Source: an uncultured Gemmatimonadales bacterium
GTDB lineage: Bacteria; Gemmatimonadota; Gemmatimonadetes; Gemmatimonadales; Gemmatimonadaceae
Reading direction: 5' to 3'
Assembly: GCA_963850905.1 (NCBI GenBank)
Contig: CAWKMU010000003.1
Coordinates: 1,184,001-1,248,000, forward strand
DNA: 64,000 bases
The notes beneath the pieces were generated by a model. That model made no database searches. It was not told the DNA's origin and worked only from the letters and a program-made list of their open reading frames with translations. This document shows positions 58,229 through 64,000 of the stretch, piece by piece (positions within the stretch are counted from its first letter, which is position 1; every line of letters starts with the position of its first letter). The translations under genes were made by a program, and so were the position numbers.

Positions 58229-59998
58229 CTACACCTCCAACACCGGGTCCGTTACGAAATACCCGCCCGCGGTGCGCACCGCGCCCGCGATGGATCGACG
58301 CGTGTCGTCGACGGGTTCTTCCCGTCCCGCCAGCGCCAGGCGTTGCGAACGAAAGCGGCGGCCGGCGGTGACACACACGAGATCGCACAGTGCCAGCTCG
58401 CGCCCACAGTCGTCGACCCCGCGCTCCTCGACCAGCCGCTGCGTGCGTGCGAGCGTCGTGGCGGTCGCGTACAGCTCGATCGCCATGTTGGCCAGGCGCT
58501 CGAGCACGAGCTGTCGATCGGTGATGGCGTGGCGGTACTTCATGATGGCGCGCTCCGCCTCCACCTTGAGCTCCGCGACGTGCTTCTCGAAATACCGCCA
58601 ATGATCCTCGAGCCTCGCATGCAGTGGGTAATCGATGCGGGCCGTTGCGCCAAGCAGACTGCCGACCCGTGAGCTCATATACCCGCTCACGAGACCGAGA
58701 TTGCGAAGCGGGCGCCGAATCGCTGCGGCAAGCTCCCCGAGCCGTGCGGCTGGACCCTGGACGCCATTCAGCGCGATGAAGAGGCGCAGGATCTCGTTCG
58801 CGCCTTCGAAGATGCGGTTGATGCGCGTATCCCGCAGGTGGCGTTCGTAGGGATACGGCTTGACGAATCCGCGGCCGCCAGCGAGTTGCACGAGCTCGTC
58901 CGCCGCGCGCCAGATCGCCTCACTCGCAAACACCTTCGCACACGCGGCCTCGAGCGCGACATCGCTGTTGGGGCGATCCACCTGTGCGGATAGTGCGCCG
59001 ACCATCGCGTCCGCCGCGTACGCATCTGCGGCCGCTTCGGCCAGCTTGCGCTGCGTGATCTCGAATTCAGCGAGCGGATGGCCGAATTGCACTCGTGCGG
59101 CGGCGTACCGGGCCATCTCGCCGAGCAGCATCTTGCATCCACCGGTACAGCCCGCGGCGAGGCTCAGGCGGCCCGCGTTCAGGACGTTCACCGCCACCGC
59201 GAACCCCTTGCCGACCTGACCCAGCACGTGGTCGTCAGGGACGTGCAGGTTCTCGTATGCCAGCTCCGCCTGTGTCGAGCCTCGAATCCCCAGCTTGCGC
59301 ACCGTCCCCACGACGCGAAACCCCGGCATGTCGGGTCGGATGATGAACGCCGTGGGCCGGCGAACGAACTCGCCGCGTCGTTCGACCGACGTTTGTGCGA
59401 ACGTCGCGATCACGCCCGCGCGCTGGCCGTTCCCGATCCAGATTTTCCGGCCGTTGAGGACCCAGTGTGTGTCGTCGGCCGAGTGTTCGGCCAGCGTCCG
59501 AATGTTCTGCGCGTCGGAACCGGTCTCTGGCTCCGTCAATGCATACGCCGCGAGCGTCTCACCGCGGGCGAGCATCGGCAAGTAGCGGGCTTTCTGTGCC
59601 GGGCTGCCAAACAACACGATGGCCTTCGATCCCAGGCCACAGTGCACGCCGACCAGGACCGCGACCGACGCGTCGGTGGTGGATATGGCGCTGAAGACTC
59701 GGGCGTAGGCCGACGCCGACAGTCCTAGGCCGCCGAACTCCTTCGGAATCGTAAGCGCCAGCAGGCCGATGTCGGCCAGCGCTCGAATGACGGGCTCCGG
59801 GATCGTTTCGGCATCATCGATCGCGGCTGAATCGATGACGTCGCCTTGCAGGCGGTGGAGGTCCCGAATCAATCGCGAGACGACGCGGGCCTCGTCCGGG
59901 TCGCGCCGCTCGAGTGGATCCGGGAAGGGGAAGAACGGGGTCTCGTGAATGACGCCGGCGAACAATCCGCGAACGAATGATGGCGCCGGCTCAGACAT
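58229..59998 (-). CDS. Acyl-CoA dehydrogenase (VLCAD/ACAD9-like with C-terminal extension)
   Basis: [31 protein letters not shown] and [11 protein letters not shown] motifs. Confidence 0.93.
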   Translation of the reverse strand: MSEPAPSFVRGLFAGVIHETPFFPFPDPLERRDPDEARVVSRLIRDLHRLQGDVIDSAAIDDAETIPEPVIRALADIGLLALTIPKEFGGLGLSASAYARVFSAISTTDASVAVLVGVHCGLGSKAIVLFGSPAQKARYLPMLARGETLAAYALTEPETGSDAQNIRTLAEHSADDTHWVLNGRKIWIGNGQRAGVIATFAQTSVERRGEFVRRPTAFIIRPDMPGFRVVGTVRKLGIRGSTQAELAYENLHVPDDHVLGQVGKGFAVAVNVLNAGRLSLAAGCTGGCKMLLGEMARYAAARVQFGHPLAEFEITQRKLAEAAADAYAADAMVGALSAQVDRPNSDVALEAACAKVFASEAIWRAADELVQLAGGRGFVKPYPYERHLRDTRINRIFEGANEILRLFIALNGVQGPAARLGELAAAIRRPLRNLGLVSGYMSSRVGSLLGATARIDYPLHARLEDHWRYFEKHVAELKVEAERAIMKYRHAITDRQLVLERLANMAIELYATATTLARTQRLVEERGVDDCGRELALCDLVCVTAGRRFRSQRLALAGREEPVDDTRRSIAGAVRTAGGYFVTDPVLEV

Positions 59999-62063
59999 GC
60001 GTGCGATCTGCCGCGTGTTGACCGAGTCCGTCCAATTGTGCCGCCAGCCCATCGGGTTCGGTTTGTGGCAGATCGCACGTTTGGTAACGACAGACGTATG
60101 CCGTGGCAGCCCCATCCTCCCGGCCCGCGCGCTCCGCAATGATCCGCACATCGTGGCCATCTGCCGCGGCGCCGCCCGCGATCACGAGTGCGGGCACGTA
60201 GCGCGGCGCCGCGGCCGCGAGGAGCGCGTTGAATGACGGGCTTCGCGGGGTACCGACGATGACGAGTGTCACGGCGCCATTGATCGCCATGTCGGCAGCA
60301 CTGAGGGTGTGACCGAACGCGCTCGGATACTGCGACATCGGACCCGCCAACGTCTGCAGGACGTGCACGGCGCGCGAGCGCATCTGGCCGTCCTCGAGAA
60401 GCTCCGCCAGCCTGAGATACAGCTCGACGGCGAGCGCAGTGCCGGATGGCATCGCGTTGTCGGTCAGATCCCGCGGGCGCGTGATGAGCGGCTCGGCGTC
60501 ACGCGCGGTATCGAAGAATCCGTTGATGTCGGCATCCCAGAACCAGGTGTCCATCGCCGCCGCGATCGACCGGGCACGGTCGAGCCAGACACGATCGAAC
60601 GTCAGCTCGTAGGTCGCCAGAAACCCGAGCGCGACCGCCGCGTGGTCTTCGAGGAATCCCGGGATCTTGGTCGTTCCCTCGGTATGCGTCCGCATCACGC
60701 GACCGTCGGGACGCGCGAGGACACGAGCCAGAAACTCGGCGTTGGCCAGCGCGAGCGACGTATCCGCGGGACGACCGAATGCGCGGGCTGCCTGGACTAC
60801 CGCGCGGAGCGTGAGCCCGTTCCACGCGGCGAGTTTCTTCTCGTCCCGGCCAGGTCGCGTCCGTCGATCGCGGACGGCGAGTACGGCTTGCCGTGCGCGG
60901 TCGAGCGCCGCGTTCAGCGCACCCAGCGTGATCCCTGCGCGACGTGTCGCGTCCTCGGGATCGGCGGCCACGTGCAGGATGTTGTATCCCTCGAAGTTCC
61001 CTCCAGGAGTGACGCCATAGTACGCCTTGAAGACGGCGGAATCGGGGCCGAGGACGATGTCGAGCTCGGATTCATCCCATACGTAGAACTTGCCTTCTTC
61101 GCCGTCGCTGTCCGCGTCCAGCGAGGCGTAGAAGCCGCCGTCGGCGTCCGTCATCTCGCGGCGCACCCAATCCAGCGTCGCTTCCGTCACCCTCCGCACA
61201 TCAGCGTCCTGCGTGGACTGCCACAGATGCGTCCCGAGTCCGATGAGGAGCGCGTTGTCGTACAACATTTTCTCGAAATGCGGCACCTGCCACGCGTCGT
61301 CCACGGCGTAGCGATGGAACCCTCCTCCTACCTGATCGTAGATGCCGCCGCGCGACATTGCTCGAAACGTGTCGAGCGCCATCTCCGCCGCGTCCGCGGC
61401 TCCGGTCCGAACTGAATAGGCGAGCAAGAACTCGAGACACATGGTCGGCGGAAACTTCGGTGCGCCGTTGAATCCGCCGTGCGCGGCATCGTAGTGCGCC
61501 GCGAGCGCGTGCTGGGCATGGTCGAGCGTGTCCGGTCCGAGCGGACTTGTCGCGCCTGCCCGCGCGCCGGTGGCGTAAATCTCCCGCATTGCCGCGGCCG
61601 TCTGCTCGACACGGTCACGCTTCGAGCGATACGCGTCGGCCACCGAGCGGAGCACGCGGCGAAAGGCGGGCATGCCAGGCCGATCACTCGGAGGGAAATA
61701 CGTCCCCGCGTAGAACGGCTCCCCCGACGGTGTGAGAAACATCGTCATCGGCCAGCCGCCATGCCCTGTCATGGACTGCACCGCTTGCATGTAGACGCTG
61801 TCCACGTCCGGGCGCTCCTCACGGTCGACCTTGATGCACACGAACAGATCGTTCATGAGTGCCGCAGTCTCCGGATCCTCGAATGACTCGTGGGCCATGA
61901 CGTGGCACCAGTGACACGCGGCGTAGCCGATACTCAGCAGGACCGGCTTGTCTTCACGGGCTGCGCGCTCCAGCGCTGCCGGGCCCCATGGGTACCAGTC
62001 CACCGGATTGTCGGCGTGTTGACGGAGGTACGGACTCGTCTCAACGGCGAGTCGGTTTGCCAT
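59991..62063 (-). CDS. YyaL/SSP411 (DUF255) thioredoxin-domain protein
   Basis: NRLA…[35 protein letters not shown] and [10 protein letters not shown] motifs. Confidence 0.95.
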   Translation of the reverse strand: MANRLAVETSPYLRQHADNPVDWYPWGPAALERAAREDKPVLLSIGYAACHWCHVMAHESFEDPETAALMNDLFVCIKVDREERPDVDSVYMQAVQSMTGHGGWPMTMFLTPSGEPFYAGTYFPPSDRPGMPAFRRVLRSVADAYRSKRDRVEQTAAAMREIYATGARAGATSPLGPDTLDHAQHALAAHYDAAHGGFNGAPKFPPTMCLEFLLAYSVRTGAADAAEMALDTFRAMSRGGIYDQVGGGFHRYAVDDAWQVPHFEKMLYDNALLIGLGTHLWQSTQDADVRRVTEATLDWVRREMTDADGGFYASLDADSDGEEGKFYVWDESELDIVLGPDSAVFKAYYGVTPGGNFEGYNILHVAADPEDATRRAGITLGALNAALDRARQAVLAVRDRRTRPGRDEKKLAAWNGLTLRAVVQAARAFGRPADTSLALANAEFLARVLARPDGRVMRTHTEGTTKIPGFLEDHAAVALGFLATYELTFDRVWLDRARSIAAAMDTWFWDADINGFFDTARDAEPLITRPRDLTDNAMPSGTALAVELYLRLAELLEDGQMRSRAVHVLQTLAGPMSQYPSAFGHTLSAADMAINGAVTLVIVGTPRSPSFNALLAAAAPRYVPALVIAGGAAADGHDVRIIAERAGREDGAATAYVCRYQTCDLPQTEPDGLAAQLDGLGQHAADRTHV

Positions 62064-62185
62064 CATGATCTCCCGTGGAGTGCGGCGGCGCATACTGCCC
62101 GCCTGCAGTGATACATTGTCAGCGCCATGCCACCCGGCGATCGCACCCACACGCCGCGCCTATCGCTCGCCCAGTTGAAGTATAC

Positions 62186-63715
62186 ATGAAGACGGCCCTC
62201 GTTGTCCTGACGGTGGCGGTGGCGGTGCGTCTCCTGCTCGCCGCAGCGGTGCCGCTCGTTCCGGATGAGGCGTACTACTGGGAATGGTCGCGGCACTTGG
62301 CCGCCGGATATTTCGATCACCCGCCGATGATCGCGTGGCTCGTGCGCGCGGGGACCGCACTGATCGGTGAAACGCCGCTGGGCGTTCGTCTCGGTGTCAT
62401 TGTCGCGGGGTATGCAGGCTGCGTTGCTGCTGCGGCCCTGGCTTGCCGCATCGCTGGTGCCCCGGCGGCCACTCGCACGGCAGTGATCATGTCGGTCGTA
62501 CCGATGGCGGGCATCGGTCTCGTGCTGGCGACGCCCGACGTTCCGCTCCTCGCGGGTGCGGCCGGCGTCCTGTGGGCGCTGGATCATGCCATCGCTGGAG
62601 CCGCGAGCCCATCGACATCGGCGAGTCGGCTGGGTTCGTCGTGGCAGACCGCCTTTGGCTGGTGGGTCGTGGTCGGTGTGATGCTCGGTATCACCCTGCT
62701 GTCGAAATATCCGGCGGTCCTCCTTCCGGCCGGCGTCGCCCTTGGCTGCGCTGTCTCTCCCCCGCTTCGCAGCCAATTGAGTCGTCCCGGTCCATACCTC
62801 GCGTGTGCGATCGCGGCCCTGCTCTTCGTGCCGGTGCTCCAGTGGAACGCCGGCCACGGGTGGGTCTCGTTCGCCTTTCAGTTGCGCCATGGCCTCGGTC
62901 CGCTTCGCGGGTCGGTGAGCAGTCGCCAGTTGCAGCTGCTCGGTGCGCAACTGGGCCTGGTCACTCCGATTTTGTTCGTGCTTCTCGTACTGGCGGTGGC
63001 TCGTGCGCTTGGCCAGCCCACGGTGTACCGGCCCTTTCTGCTAGCAGCCATTGGCACGTTCGTGTGGGGGTTTTTCACTGTAAGCGCGATCAGGCACCCG
63101 GTGTCGCCGAACTGGCCCGCGCTCGCCCTCCTGCCGGCCATCGTCGCGCTCGGCGTGCAGAGGCCAGATGGAGCATGGATGCGGTGGGAGCGTGCTGGCG
63201 TCGTTCTTGCCGCTGCCGTCGTCCTGGCTCTGTCGGTGCACGCCGTACACCCATGGCTGCCATTCACTGCGCGCCAGGATCCCTTCGCTCAGGCGTACGG
63301 CTGGGATGATCTCGCGCGGGCGGTCGCCGCCGAGGACGATCGCGTCGTGCCGCAGGAGGAGCGTGTGTGGGTCGCAGCGGACCGATATCAAGAGGCGGCG
63401 GAACTCGCCTGGCACCTGCCGCATCATCCCAGGGTGTTCTCGCTCGAGCTGGCCAGCCGGCGCAATGAGTATGATTTCTGGCCGACCGCCGCAGACTCGG
63501 TCCGGCTCGGAGACTCGATGACCCTCGTGCTCGATGAAAGCGCCGATCTGCCAGTGCCCGTTCGTCGGCTCACGCCATTGTTCTCCCAGGTTGTTCGCGG
63601 CCCGCTCGTCAGCATGCACTGGGGGCCCGACCACGTTGTCTCGCAGCGACGGATCTGGCATCTTCTCAGATCGACTGTCCCACTTACCACTCTTCTCGGC
63701 CGGCCCCAGTCATGA
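62186..63715 (+). CDS. GT39/ArnT-family membrane glycosyltransferase
   Basis: PDEAYYWEWSRHLAAGYFDHPP, TPDVP, LLSKY and WNA..GWVSF.FQ motifs. Confidence 0.9.
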   Translation: MKTALVVLTVAVAVRLLLAAAVPLVPDEAYYWEWSRHLAAGYFDHPPMIAWLVRAGTALIGETPLGVRLGVIVAGYAGCVAAAALACRIAGAPAATRTAVIMSVVPMAGIGLVLATPDVPLLAGAAGVLWALDHAIAGAASPSTSASRLGSSWQTAFGWWVVVGVMLGITLLSKYPAVLLPAGVALGCAVSPPLRSQLSRPGPYLACAIAALLFVPVLQWNAGHGWVSFAFQLRHGLGPLRGSVSSRQLQLLGAQLGLVTPILFVLLVLAVARALGQPTVYRPFLLAAIGTFVWGFFTVSAIRHPVSPNWPALALLPAIVALGVQRPDGAWMRWERAGVVLAAAVVLALSVHAVHPWLPFTARQDPFAQAYGWDDLARAVAAEDDRVVPQEERVWVAADRYQEAAELAWHLPHHPRVFSLELASRRNEYDFWPTAADSVRLGDSMTLVLDESADLPVPVRRLTPLFSQVVRGPLVSMHWGPDHVVSQRRIWHLLRSTVPLTTLLGRPQS

Positions 63716-64000
63716 CCACCGTTCCCGCCGATCTCGACGCGTTCATCACCACACATCGCGATCGCTTCACTCGCGAGCTGTTCGAGTTTCTCCGGATCCC
63801 CAGCATCAGCGCCCGATCGGAGCACAACGCGGACACGGCGCGCGCGGCGCGCTGGCTTGCCGATGCCTGCGCGGCGGCCGGGCTGCAGCCGGAGATCGTG
63901 CCGACCCCTGGACATCCAGTCGTCCTCGCCGAGTGGCGCGCTGCGGGCCCCGACCGGCCGACCGTGCTGATCTACGGGCACTACGACGTGCAACCGGTCG
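63712..64000 (+). CDS. M20-family dipeptidase, N-terminal part; runs off the window end
   Basis: Not in the ORF track. Manual translation gives MTTVPADLDAF…ELFEFLRIPSISA…GHPVV…PTVLIYGHYDVQP. ATGA overlap with the GT39 stop. Confidence 0.92.
   Translation, partial: MTTVPADLDAFITTHRDRFTRELFEFLRIPSISARSEHNADTARAARWLADACAAAGLQPEIVPTPGHPVVLAEWRAAGPDRPTVLIYGHYDVQPV

Noticed and set aside
1..64000. tRNA, rRNA, prophage or defence-system genes
   Set aside because: No cloverleaf or rRNA signatures and no integrase, capsid or nuclease motifs were recognised by eye. tRNAscan-SE and Infernal would be needed to exclude small RNAs.

Overview
GC-rich bacterial chromosomal segment. Gene content and protein style suggest Gemmatimonadota (inference). 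It holds about 42 CDSs, mostly housekeeping or envelope genes: an RND efflux triplet, a membrane Ser/Thr kinase, a ~9.3 kb cyclic beta-1,2-glucan synthase, tkt, a CoA-ester lyase/2-hydroxyacid dehydrogenase pair, a VIT-vWA/ECF sigma/anti-sigma operon, an ABC exporter, DoxX-peroxiredoxin-DsbA, sufE, an mscS-family channel, recQ, sucA, nadBAC, an acyl-CoA dehydrogenase, YyaL and a GT39. I found no rRNA, tRNA, CRISPR array, phage gene or transposase. Ten apparent frameshifts are all +1, which points to long-read indel errors rather than real pseudogenes. The most interesting signals are: (1) an ECF operon whose anti-sigma factor and VIT-vWA protein both carry SusC-like TonB-box and 'PTIENxLQ' motifs although no TonB-dependent receptor is present; (2) a Sec-secreted protein built from two tandem pilin-like heads; (3) two GTAG-type REP families, two copies of which supply gene stop codons; (4) five exact TANNTT-N6-start leaderless promoter signatures; (5) heptamer tandem repeats; and (6) two small Cys/His-rich proteins.
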